A stretch of DNA of 64,000 nucleotides from Bacteroidales bacterium (GCA_965230045.1 OZ245940.1:5075961-5139960); one strand, 5' to 3'; counted from the first letter of the stretch, positions 26,710 through 36,029 are shown. Notes: generated by a model not told the origin, from the sequence alone. Translations and numbers: made by a program.

Positions 26710-28980
26710 ATGAACAAGCGCATATTACCAACAAACAGTTATTACAATTTTAATTCAGCAAAGGGTCTTTTATTGATCGTTTCCATAATTATCTTTTTAT
26801 CGTTTTCAGCTCAAAGCCAGGATAAAAAACCGATTTACTTAGATGATAACCAACCTATTGAGCAACGTATTGAAGATGCTCTTAGCCGGATGACGCTTGA
26901 CGAAAAAATAGCGATGCTTCATGCCCAATCAAAATTTAGCTCAAAAGGTGTAGCACGATTGGGCATTCCGGAATTATGGACGTCTGATGGTCCCCACGGC
27001 ATTCGCCCGGAAGTATTGTGGGATGAATGGGTACAAGCAGCCTGGACAAATGATTCCTGCACGGTATTTCCTGCTTTAACATGCCTCGCTGCAAGCTGGA
27101 ACGAAGATATGTCATTGCTCTATGGCAGGTCTATCGGTGCGGAAGCCCGATACCGTGACAAGGATATTCTATTGGGCCCTGGGGTAAATATCTACCGCTC
27201 ACCCTTAAATGGTAGAAATTTCGAATATATGGGCGAAGATCCTTTTTTAGCTTCTAAAATGGTTGTTCCCTATATTAAGGGGGTACAGGAATACGGAGTG
27301 GCCACATGTGTTAAGCATTTTGCCCTGAACAACCAAGAGACTAACCGCCATACAACAAATGTTAATCTGGGCGACAGGGCATTGTATGAAATTTATTTGC
27401 CTGCTTTTAAAGCCGCAGTAATTGATGGTGGAAGCTGGTCCATCATGGGCGCATATAATCTGTACAAAGGCCAGCATGCTTGTCACAATGAGTATCTTTT
27501 AAAAGATATTTTACGCGATGAGTGGGGCTTTGATGGCGTTGTTGTTTCTGATTGGGGCGGCACACACGATACCCTTGAAGCCATTTATAACGGACTTGAC
27601 CTTGAATTCGGCACATGGACAGATGGGTTAACACGTGGAGCAAGCAATAGTTACGATAACTACTATCTCGCCAGGCCGTATCGTGAGCTGATCAAATCAG
27701 GGAAAGTGGGCACGGAAGAACTGGATCAGAAAGTCAGGAATATTCTTCGGTTGATTTTTAGAACAGCCATGAACCGCAATAAAAAATGGGGCTCTTTTGG
27801 GTCGGAAGAACACGCTTTGGCAAGCCGGCGGATAGCTGAAGACGGAATCGTATTGCTACAGAATAATGGTGACGTTCTACCCATAAATCCGGATGAAGCT
27901 TTGAAAATCGCCGTGATTGGAGAGAATGCCATTAAAATGATGACTGTTGGAGGAGGCAGCTCCTCACTAAAAGCCAAATATGAAATATCTGTATTGGAAG
28001 GTATCAAAAACAGGATTGAACCAAAAGCTGAAGTTACTTATGCACGCGGCTATGTTGGAGATGCGAGCGGCAACTATAATGGCGTTGTTACCGGACAGGA
28101 TTTATCGGTTTCCAAATCGGCAGAAGAACTCTTCGAAGAAGCAGTAGCATTGGCCAAAAAATCTGATTACGTTATTTTTGTGGGCGGTTTGAATAAAAGC
28201 CCCCATCAGGATTGCGAAGATGCTGACCGGAAAGAACTGGAACTTCCATATATTCAAGACAGCTTAATCATTGCTTTGGCGAAAGTAAATAAAAACCTAA
28301 TAGTGGTTAATATATCAGGTAATGCTGTTGCAATGCCATGGGTAAAAGAGGTTCCTGCCATTGTTCAGGGTTGGTATCTCGGTACTGAAGCAGGAAATGC
28401 CATTGCATCCGTACTCTTCGGAGATGTGAACCCATCAGGGAAATTACCTTTTACTTTCCCTGTAAAACTTGAAGATAACGCAGCACATGCAATGGGAGAA
28501 TTTCCCGGTAAAAACGGGCAAGTAAATTATAATGAAGGAATACTTATTGGTTACCGATGGCATGACACAAAAAAAATTAAGCCCCTGTTTTGCTTTGGCC
28601 ATGGCTTAAGCTATACAGAATTTGAATATAGTGACCTGTCATTAGACAAAAAGAAAATGAATAAAGACGGGCAGATTGTAGTTTCTTTAAAGCTTAAAAA
28701 CACAGGCGACAGAGCAGGAAGTGAAGTGGTGCAACTTTATATTGCAGACAAAAAATCATCATTGCCACGACCTGCAAAAGAATTAAAAGCCTTTAAGAAA
28801 GTAGCATTGAGCCCAGGAGAAGAGCAAACAGTAAAATTCACCATAAATAAAACGGCTTTAAGTTACTTCGACGACAAGCTTCATGAGTGGGTTGCAGAAC
28901 CCGGAAAATTTGAAGCCATAATTGCCGCTTCATCTTCGGATATAAAAGGTAAATTAGGTTTTACGCTTATCAACGATTAA
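26710..28980 (+). CDS. Glycoside hydrolase family 3 (beta-glucosidase-like), secreted
   Basis: GH3 landmarks KHFALNNQE and GFDGVVVSDWGG (nucleophile Asp region), plus a C-terminal Fn3-like domain. Confidence 0.9.
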   Translation: MNKRILPTNSYYNFNSAKGLLLIVSIIIFLSFSAQSQDKKPIYLDDNQPIEQRIEDALSRMTLDEKIAMLHAQSKFSSKGVARLGIPELWTSDGPHGIRPEVLWDEWVQAAWTNDSCTVFPALTCLAASWNEDMSLLYGRSIGAEARYRDKDILLGPGVNIYRSPLNGRNFEYMGEDPFLASKMVVPYIKGVQEYGVATCVKHFALNNQETNRHTTNVNLGDRALYEIYLPAFKAAVIDGGSWSIMGAYNLYKGQHACHNEYLLKDILRDEWGFDGVVVSDWGGTHDTLEAIYNGLDLEFGTWTDGLTRGASNSYDNYYLARPYRELIKSGKVGTEELDQKVRNILRLIFRTAMNRNKKWGSFGSEEHALASRRIAEDGIVLLQNNGDVLPINPDEALKIAVIGENAIKMMTVGGGSSSLKAKYEISVLEGIKNRIEPKAEVTYARGYVGDASGNYNGVVTGQDLSVSKSAEELFEEAVALAKKSDYVIFVGGLNKSPHQDCEDADRKELELPYIQDSLIIALAKVNKNLIVVNISGNAVAMPWVKEVPAIVQGWYLGTEAGNAIASVLFGDVNPSGKLPFTFPVKLEDNAAHAMGEFPGKNGQVNYNEGILIGYRWHDTKKIKPLFCFGHGLSYTEFEYSDLSLDKKKMNKDGQIVVSLKLKNTGDRAGSEVVQLYIADKKSSLPRPAKELKAFKKVALSPGEEQTVKFTINKTALSYFDDKLHEWVAEPGKFEAIIAASSSDIKGKLGFTLIND

Positions 28981-29040
28981 TAGCATAAATTACTTTTTTT
29001 CAATGAGTTGAATAGAGAAGTTTCATCTGAAACGAACAGT

Positions 29041-29457
29041 TTATATTTCTTTCAACATAGCTCTGGTGTCAATAAGCGGCAGAATCGCGCCATGAAGCGA
29101 TGTGCCCCTGAATTGGCTGAACATCATGCCCCGGACAGTTGATATTGTGACCGAATTAAAAGTATTGATCACCGGAGACGGGAGAACCGTTTTTTTCTCT
29201 GCATCCATATGTTCGGACAAGTTGTGGACAGAAAAGATGCAGCCGGCCTTGAAAAACCCAAGGCGGGATTCTTTGTCCTGCGATAAAATCTCAATAGAAC
29301 AAATGACCTGAATAAGATTTTCTTTTATGTTGGTTCTGTGTTCCAGATTAACATTAAAATTAAAACGAACCGGTGCAATTTTTTCGATGATGTGATGATA
29401 AAGTGCAACACCCTGTATTTCAATACCTTTTAATTGGAATTTGATTTCTTTTTCCAT
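29041..29457 (-). CDS. SecB-like chaperone candidate (third gene of a toxin-antitoxin-chaperone module)
   Basis: 138 aa. By eye it is collinear with E. coli SecB as I remember it: FQLKGIEIQ with FQIQRIYTK, GFFKAGCIFSV with FLCEVQQGGIFSI, and GAILPLIDTRAML with QLNLAPVNFDALF. Confidence 0.5.
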   Translation of the reverse strand: MEKEIKFQLKGIEIQGVALYHHIIEKIAPVRFNFNVNLEHRTNIKENLIQVICSIEILSQDKESRLGFFKAGCIFSVHNLSEHMDAEKKTVLPSPVINTFNSVTISTVRGMMFSQFRGTSLHGAILPLIDTRAMLKEI

Positions 29458-29476
29458 GACTAAATGAAGGTGGTTT

Positions 29477-29905
29477 CTAATTTACTTCTAAACGACTTGA
29501 TGTAATAAAAACATTGGACGCCGGCATAATACTGATTTCTTTATTATCCTCCGTATTGACGCAGGATTGATTTTGCGAAAGGGAAATATGAAAAGAAGCA
29601 ACTGTTTGAACCGGACTTTCTTCTGTATTAATTAATTTTATGCCTAGAGTTTCTTCTAAATCAAACAATGTATCAATACTGAAGTTATGCGTTCCGCTAA
29701 GCCATTTGGTAATTACAGATGGCTGCTTCTTCATTGCTTTTGCCAGATCCGTTTTTCGCCAGTTTTTTGCTTGCATACCTTCGGCAATACGTTTGGCAAG
29801 CAGCATACGTTTTTCTGTTTTCTTTAATTCTGATGGGCTTATTTCGTCTAATAGCTCATCAAGAATATCACTATTATAGGTTTCATTTTGCTTCATGTCA
29901 ATCAA
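29477..29905 (-). CDS. XRE-family HTH antitoxin (HigA-like) with a ~50 aa C-terminal extension
   Basis: HTH WRKTDLAKAMKKQPSVITKWLSGTHNFSIDTLFDLEETLGIKLI. The track start is TTG; an ATG at 29896 is 1 nt beyond the toxin stop. Confidence 0.7.
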   Translation of the reverse strand: MIDMKQNETYNSDILDELLDEISPSELKKTEKRMLLAKRIAEGMQAKNWRKTDLAKAMKKQPSVITKWLSGTHNFSIDTLFDLEETLGIKLINTEESPVQTVASFHISLSQNQSCVNTEDNKEISIMPASNVFITSSRLEVN

Positions 29906-30389
29906 AATTAAAATTCATATCTCCTTCAAAATCCATATAATCAGCAGAGAAGCCTAATTCCTTATCACTCATTTTTTGCTTTATGGCATTTGAGAGTTCC
30001 CGTAGGAAATAATTTTCAGCTTTTAGCTTTGGGTTCTCCTGTAAGGCTCTGATTGTTTTGGCTTTTTCTCCGCCACCACCAATCACAATTAAGTCTGATC
30101 CATATCGGATACAATAGAGCCTTAAATTACTGTTTGGTTTATCATATAAGGCGCAAACGCCATCGCCCGGAGAGCCTTCCTTTAGCTTAAAAAAATAATC
30201 CTGCGCCCCGGTTTTATGACCAATGACCTTTAAACGTCCAATTATGTCCTTTAGTTCATTTTTAAATAAATTTTGGTTTTCCTCTAAAAATAAATCAAAA
30301 GAGGTTTTTTGATGTTCTTCTATAAATATTGAATATATAGAAGCCTTGCTACCACTTAGTTGAATTAATTTCTGAAGTTTAAACCTCAT
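29898..30389 (-). CDS. RelE/ParE-superfamily toxin, Gp49/HigB-like
   Basis: The core LRLYCIRYGSDLIVIGGGGEKAKTIRA resembles the Gp49/HigB motif (Rxxyxx...ivllxgfxKk). The ATG at 30389 (MRFKLQ) is preferred to the TTG at 30407. Confidence 0.6.
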   Translation of the reverse strand: MRFKLQKLIQLSGSKASIYSIFIEEHQKTSFDLFLEENQNLFKNELKDIIGRLKVIGHKTGAQDYFFKLKEGSPGDGVCALYDKPNSNLRLYCIRYGSDLIVIGGGGEKAKTIRALQENPKLKAENYFLRELSNAIKQKMSDKELGFSADYMDFEGDMNFNFD

Positions 30390-30404
30390 TTGGTTTCGAT
30401 TATG

Positions 30405-30412
30405 CAAATTTA
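30405..30412 (-). promoter_or_regulatory. Candidate Bacteroidota -7 promoter box (TAAATTTG) for the toxin operon
   Basis: The minus strand reads TAAATTTG, matching the TAnnTTTG consensus, about 16 nt upstream of the ATG at 30389. Confidence 0.3.
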
Positions 30413-30599
30413 ATAAATTTCACTTATACCTAAAATTTTCTACATTATTAATACCGGTTCTAAGCTCGTTTTCATTTGCTCTGCTACTTTAGGCAAGTAG
30501 TATAGCCGGCTCGCTTTTCCTGGTTGCGGTAATGCAGGAGATAAAATTCTGAATTTTTATAGCACAGGAAGTAGGAGGGTTAGTTAATTCTGGAATGAT

Positions 30600-32342
30600 C
30601 TATTGTTTTTTTATAAGATCATTGTTTTTAAGGAATAATATAAAGGTGTCTATAATGTCTTTCTTTCGGCTTATGATATCACATTCAACAAAATCAGATT
30701 TTGCAGACAATATCTTTAGCTCTTCAATAACAGAGCCAGGCTTCTTGACACCCTTTTGGTTTTGATAGCCTTTATAGAATTTCACTTTATCAATAAACCT
30801 ATAGTCTGATGCCCTAATATTAATTTTTTGTTCCAATAACACTTTATTTCCTATTGATTCAAGATTTTTGCTGTTACCTAAAGAGTTATCATTTTCGCAC
30901 CGTTTTTTGGCAAATATGTGTTCAATCTGAAAGTTTGTTCTGTTTAGAGGAAGTTCTTGATTTTTATTTGTAAAAGCCCACCAAGTCAGTAAGGATTTAG
31001 TGATAGGTCTTCCGTTTTTAAAATCAAAGTTCTCTATTGCCGTTATTAGCTTAGCTTCATCAAATTTAAAATCTTTAAAGGTTACAGGTCTATTGTTTAT
31101 AATATTTACCATTTCCGTATAGACAGGTGTTCGAAGTGCATTAACGCCAGGGTTCGTAAATGAATAAGCCCAAACAAATGCAATTGTTTTGGTCAGGAAT
31201 TCCTCTAACTTACTTTCCTCCAAACTCCCATTATTATCTTTGTTTTGAAGAAAATATACTGAGAGGAAATATGTCCACATGCCGTTAGGGGAATAGTCTA
31301 GAACAAATAGCTTTTTTAAGATTGTTTTTGGGAATCGATCTTCATTCTGGTTGGAAATATCATTCCAAAAGTCTAATAGTACTTCCAAATTAGGTAATGT
31401 ATCATTTTGTTTGAGAATGGAGTATTTATCTTTTTCATAGTATTTCCGCAAAGCTTCTGTAGTGCTTGACTTGATGCCTTGTCTGGCTCGAGAAAAATAC
31501 ATATATCTTGTAAAAAGCTCATCCATTGGCGTCCCGTAAATGGGTTTAAAAATATTAGTGCAAATTTCTTCTAGATTTTTCCACCTTTCGATAAACTCTT
31601 CTTTTTTATTTTTGGCCGAATAATTTTTATAAAATTGCGCTTTGAATATATCGGCATCTGAAAGAGGGAGCCCTCGATCATTAAGTGTGGAAAAAATTCT
31701 TAATGCTGTATCTTGAGATTCCGCTTCTACCGGTAGAAGAATACAGTTTCGTAATATTCTAGCAGGTAGATAGGCGAAATATGAAGGGTATTCGTTTAAA
31801 AATGTATCGATTTTTTCTTGAAAGAATATATAATTTTTTGCATAATTATTTTTATAGCTGCTTGATATTGTTCCTGATTTCAGTATATTTTGAAATTCAA
31901 GTTTATCATTATCAGTTGCTACTTCTGAATTTATTTTAAGAGCATCCGTGTCTGCATCTCCAAACTCATCTGTTTTCCATATACATTGAGAAATACTCTT
32001 TTGAATACTTTTTGATTTGTCATCTTGCATGTTTCCAAACTTAGAATAAAATGCACGGAGCAATAACATTAGAGTTGTTAATCGCTGCTGTCCGTCAATA
32101 ACCTCCTTTTTTTTGGATTGGTTTGCAAATGTTACTATGGAGCCTAAGAAATACTCTTCATTGCTATCAAACTTATCACAATTATTATCTGGAAATGCAA
32201 AAGAGAAAATATCATCCCAAAGTGTTTGACATTGATCTTCCTCCCAAGCATAAGGTCTTTGGTAATCTGGTATTAGGAATTCACTGTTTTTGTCTGAAAA
32301 CAGAGACAGTATTGTTTTTTGATCTACATTGAGTTTTGACAT
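30600..32342 (-). CDS. GmrSD-like type IV (modification-dependent) restriction enzyme: DUF262 plus a DUF1524/HNH-like C-terminus
   Basis: DUF262 motifs IPDYQRPYAW and VIDGQQRLTTL. The C-terminal His-Me-like block is QIEHIFAKK...GNKVLLEQKINIRASD. Confidence 0.75.
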   Translation of the reverse strand: MSKLNVDQKTILSLFSDKNSEFLIPDYQRPYAWEEDQCQTLWDDIFSFAFPDNNCDKFDSNEEYFLGSIVTFANQSKKKEVIDGQQRLTTLMLLLRAFYSKFGNMQDDKSKSIQKSISQCIWKTDEFGDADTDALKINSEVATDNDKLEFQNILKSGTISSSYKNNYAKNYIFFQEKIDTFLNEYPSYFAYLPARILRNCILLPVEAESQDTALRIFSTLNDRGLPLSDADIFKAQFYKNYSAKNKKEEFIERWKNLEEICTNIFKPIYGTPMDELFTRYMYFSRARQGIKSSTTEALRKYYEKDKYSILKQNDTLPNLEVLLDFWNDISNQNEDRFPKTILKKLFVLDYSPNGMWTYFLSVYFLQNKDNNGSLEESKLEEFLTKTIAFVWAYSFTNPGVNALRTPVYTEMVNIINNRPVTFKDFKFDEAKLITAIENFDFKNGRPITKSLLTWWAFTNKNQELPLNRTNFQIEHIFAKKRCENDNSLGNSKNLESIGNKVLLEQKINIRASDYRFIDKVKFYKGYQNQKGVKKPGSVIEELKILSAKSDFVECDIISRKKDIIDTFILFLKNNDLIKKQ

Positions 32343-32453
32343 GAGTCTTATTATTAATTGATTATAGCTTTGTCATTTGCATTTAGCTATTGCTTTAAGT
32401 TCTACTTACCCACAAAGTTAGCCATTCCTATCTAACAAACAAAGATATTTTAA

Positions 32454-32840
32454 TTAATTCTGCTGTGCTTTTAATCTTTTCAAATGTTTAAGGGCATCAA
32501 AATAGCTAACCTGAATTATTCTTGAATCTTCGTCATGAGCACATTCGATAAGCTCAGTGACCACATGCAAAACGCAATAAGAGAAAGGGAGCGCAGATTT
32601 TTGGCGCACAGGAATAGCCGCAGCTATTTTGAGCACCAAAAAGATAGCAATCCTTTCTGTTGAAGCGGTTTGTGTGCGCAATAGAATATTTTGTGAATTA
32701 TGCAGGTTATCATCTGTTTTGACACTTTCGTCTATTCGAGTTACCTCCCAATCCTCAGGGATCCAGCCAATTTTGATTTTTTTGAAGCCTTTGCGCCGGT
32801 TCTGCTTATTGTCTTTTATCGTTTTTTGAGCTGCTTCCAT
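32454..32840 (-). CDS. Hypothetical ORF whose first ~35 aa resemble an HsdS N-terminus (possible remnant or chimera)
   Basis: KIGWIPEDWEVTRIDES resembles the typical HsdS start (lPegWe..klge). The remainder has no recognisable HsdS features. Confidence 0.3.
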   Translation of the reverse strand: MEAAQKTIKDNKQNRRKGFKKIKIGWIPEDWEVTRIDESVKTDDNLHNSQNILLRTQTASTERIAIFLVLKIAAAIPVRQKSALPFSYCVLHVVTELIECAHDEDSRIIQVSYFDALKHLKRLKAQQN

Positions 32841-32843
32841 GCT

Positions 32844-33608
32844 TTAATCCAATTTAAAGATTTGTTTGAACTGTGTATAAACCTCCTCAGGGGGTAGGGG
32901 TGCGCCCATACTTTTCAAAATAGCTTTGTCGGGCAATTGCTCTGCGATCAGGTTGGCGGCCATTTGCAGATCAGTTTTTAGACCAACAGACGTTTCCACT
33001 CTTTCGTTTGGTAAGAGCAAAATGGTAAGCCTGAAAATGTCTGCTTTATGCTTTTTAATGTGTTTGTCGCATTCGGAATGGCCGTTTGCCTTGCGTTGGC
33101 TGTAATCCAAAAAGGCTTTTGCTTTGAGTGCAATCAAGGCTATGGGACTTGCTATATGTACATCGTGCTGCAGCCTACTGTGCTCCATGGTGAAGCGGTA
33201 GTAATCTTCGTCCATTAATATGGCCGAAAGGCTGGATAAGTCATCTTCAAGGGGTATGGGCGTTAAATGTGTGCCAACATTCAAATCCAGGATGTCCGGA
33301 TTTTTGGAAAACAGCTCAATCTGATAAGGGAAACTATCTTTTTCGGGCTTGATAAAACGATAGTATTGAGGTTTTCCACCGCCCTTTTCTTTTCTTTCAT
33401 AAGCTCCTTCCTTAATAAAATCCCAAAAAGCTGTTACAAACTCCTTGTTCAGAGCTTCAACTATAAGAATGATATCAATATCCTTTGTGGCTCTTGGCCT
33501 GAACCCGGCATCTTCCATTTGTATATCCAGCGCTGTACCGCCTATAATGATTTAGCTGCCCGCGTGCTGTTTAAAATATTCTCTAAAAGTATCTATTCCC
33601 CTAACCAT
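32844..33608 (-). pseudogene. AbiEii-like nucleotidyltransferase toxin gene interrupted by an in-frame TAA at codon 19
   Basis: The minus strand reads ATG GTT AGG ... GGC AGC TAA ATC ATT ATA GGC GGT ACA GCG, that is MVRGIDTFREYFKQHAGS*IIIGGTALDIQMEDAGFRPRATKDIDI. The stop lies at 33552-33554. The GGTAL...R.T.DIDI motif is NTase-like. The ATG overlaps the upstream stop (ATGGTTAG). Confidence 0.6.
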
Positions 33609-34611
33609 AAATAAATTTCTTTTCAATTTGCTCCAGAGCATTTTCGATCCGTTCATCCTTATCATCTGCAAAGCAGAAATACAAAGACAATGGGTCTGTA
33701 TTGTCATCGAGCCAACTAAATTTGTTGTTTAACAAAGCGGGATTGTATTTCCATATTTCGATAGCAAATTCTCCTTCAGAAGAGTTTTCCTGTGGCCATT
33801 GATTTGTTTTCTTTAGCGTGTGATAATCAGCTTTATCAATTGCTTTAACATGCTGATTATGTCGGTTGATATCCGTGAAAACGCTTAATGCATCCGTGTT
33901 TGTGTTTGTCCATTTGTTATATGGAGGCTTTAGCTCAGTAAAAACCATTTTTAGTACCGGATGAATCCATAGTTGGCGTTTTTTAATGATATTCCAGCTT
34001 TCAATTTTGTTGTGGTTGAAAGTAAGGTGTTTTGGCCTGCCGGGGTGAACAGTGCATATATCAAGCTTCGCCAGATTATCAGCAGCACGGCTTATGGCCA
34101 TGGCATTTGTTTCAAACAGGCCGGCTAATTGATTAAAAGGTACACCTTCGATGAGCTTATCCTCTTTAGTGCTTAATAACCAATAGATTGCCATTAACTG
34201 AGCAATTGGCGTAAAGTGATTTTCTCCCATTCCTTTCTCAAGCTTTTGCTCTGTAAATGTCATCATCAGCTCCGGTATAAATAACTGCTTGAATGGAACG
34301 ATAAAATTAATCCTTTGCTGTACCATTCTCCTGCGCTTGAAGCCTTCTAAGTAATCGAATACCAGCACAAGCGGCATGTTAATTATTTCGCGGATACGAT
34401 CCATTTGCTTTCGGATTTGGCCTACAGTTGGCTGTTCATCCTGATTTTTTAAGCGGATCAAAACAATTTCAGTATCCAATAAGCGGGCTGCATTAATTTG
34501 GTAAACGGCGGTCAGGTAGAGTGGCAGCTTCTTTTCCAAAAGAATTTTGTCCTCATTAATTTGGATTTTAATTCCTATTTCACGCTCAAGATATTCGGTT
34601 AATTTATTCAT
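33601..34611 (-). CDS. Putative DNA-binding partner (AbiEi-like antitoxin/regulator) of the nucleotidyltransferase
   Basis: 336 aa, translationally coupled upstream of the NTase gene. The assignment rests on position only, as I recognise no strong motif. Confidence 0.35.
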   Translation of the reverse strand: MNKLTEYLEREIGIKIQINEDKILLEKKLPLYLTAVYQINAARLLDTEIVLIRLKNQDEQPTVGQIRKQMDRIREIINMPLVLVFDYLEGFKRRRMVQQRINFIVPFKQLFIPELMMTFTEQKLEKGMGENHFTPIAQLMAIYWLLSTKEDKLIEGVPFNQLAGLFETNAMAISRAADNLAKLDICTVHPGRPKHLTFNHNKIESWNIIKKRQLWIHPVLKMVFTELKPPYNKWTNTNTDALSVFTDINRHNQHVKAIDKADYHTLKKTNQWPQENSSEGEFAIEIWKYNPALLNNKFSWLDDNTDPLSLYFCFADDKDERIENALEQIEKKFIYG

Positions 34612-34855
34612 AATAACATTAATTATGCACTCTAATAATTATTGAGTTATTATGCAAATATAGTGTTATAATCCTAAAATACAATCTTTAATATTGGAAG
34701 GACCTTTCCAAGGAACGAGAAGAAGTGCTTTTACACAAGCTTAGGCTCCATGTTCAGAAAGACTTCCGAATCATGGGATTGTCCATGCACTGAAATCATA
34801 TCATCCCGAACTTAGGCGGAAACCAATACAACAAAAATTGAGCAATAAGAATTAG

Positions 34856-35164
34856 GTCATACGCTGCCAAACCGATAAATTAACCGAACATATTGAAGTA
34901 CGCTCAGAAGATGAAACAATGCGGCTTACTCAGACACAAATGACCACTATTTTTGGGCAGACCAAACAAAATGTGAGCATGCACAATAACAACTGCTATC
35001 GAGAGGGCGGATTGGGAAAAAGAGCAACCGTCACAAAATCCTTGACAGTTCAAACAGAAGGGGAAAGACGGGTTCTACGCAAATTGGAGCATTACATTCT
35101 TGACGTCATTATTTCGGTGGGTTCGCACGTCAAATCAAAGCAAGGTACTCGATTCAGGATTTGG
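34856..35164 (+). pseudogene. Decayed, 3'-truncated rhuM homologue
   Basis: The translation ...QTDKLTEHIEVRSEDETMRLTQTQMTTIFGQTKQNVSMH...[23 protein letters not shown] is collinear with the RhuM protein at 4298-5179. The N-terminus is disrupted by a stop, and homology ends at AGGATTTGG (35164). Confidence 0.7.
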
Positions 35165-35435
35165 CAGCTATTTCGTTTCGTTTTGTGCCACTGATTTCGG
35201 AGTATCTATGCCATTTAAAGCAGGTCAATATGCCCAGTATTTACTTGTCTGAAGGGCCTATTTCCTTTGGAAGAGCCAGCATCCGCAGTATTGCCAATTT
35301 TTGATGGCTTTGTTTTCGTTTCTTTCGGCCGGCCGGGTGGGTCAGCTTCGTCGGGAATATCCTGCAGCCTTCCTATTTCAAAAAAATTCATAAAAACTTG
35401 CATATTAGACCGACCGGTCATATATTTGTGGCCAC

Positions 35436-36029
35436 ATGACAAAGAAAGAACTTAAAAAGCTGGAAATCATTGAGACGGGCTTCTTTCTGATGAAATCCAA
35501 AGGCTATAACGGTACCGGAATCAGTGAAATTATCCACACTGTAGGTATTCCAAAAGGTTCTTTCTATTATTATTTTGAAAGCAAAGAAGGTTTTGCCATT
35601 GAAATTTTGAATTATTATGCAGACCGTTTGCTTCAAAATGTTGCCGATGCCCTCACCGACCAAAGCCAACCTCCCCTGCAAAGGATATTGAAACTCTATA
35701 AGCGCCAGATTGAGGATTATCTCGATAATAGTTCTTTTTCTTATGGAGCTTTCGGAACACGTCTGTGCCAGGAAATTGGAAACGGGCATACTTTGGTTAA
35801 GAGTGCCGCTGAAAAAGTGTATAAAGATCTGATCGGTTTGCACAGTCAATGTTTGCTCGAAGCACGTGCCAAGGGGGATATTGGCCACGATATTGACACA
35901 GCAAAACTGTCAGAATTTATCATATACAGCTGGGAAGGAGCTTTGATGCGCCTTAACGGGAGCAAAAATGCCGATTCCCTGCGAACTTTCAACGATATGT
36001 TGAAACGTGTTGTTTTAAAACGGGCTTAA
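35436..36029 (+). CDS. TetR/AcrR-family transcriptional regulator
   Basis: N-terminal HTH (GFFLMKSKGYNGTGISEIIHTVGIPKGSFYYYFESKE) with an alpha-helical C-terminal domain. Confidence 0.85.
   Translation: MTKKELKKLEIIETGFFLMKSKGYNGTGISEIIHTVGIPKGSFYYYFESKEGFAIEILNYYADRLLQNVADALTDQSQPPLQRILKLYKRQIEDYLDNSSFSYGAFGTRLCQEIGNGHTLVKSAAEKVYKDLIGLHSQCLLEARAKGDIGHDIDTAKLSEFIIYSWEGALMRLNGSKNADSLRTFNDMLKRVVLKRA

Noticed and set aside
35215-35442. 75-aa minus-strand ORF between the rhuM remnant and tetR, as a gene fragment.
   Set aside because: The sequence is low-complexity and Pro/Lys/Gly-rich, it overlaps the tetR start, and I recognise no motif. It is more likely non-coding promoter or scar DNA.
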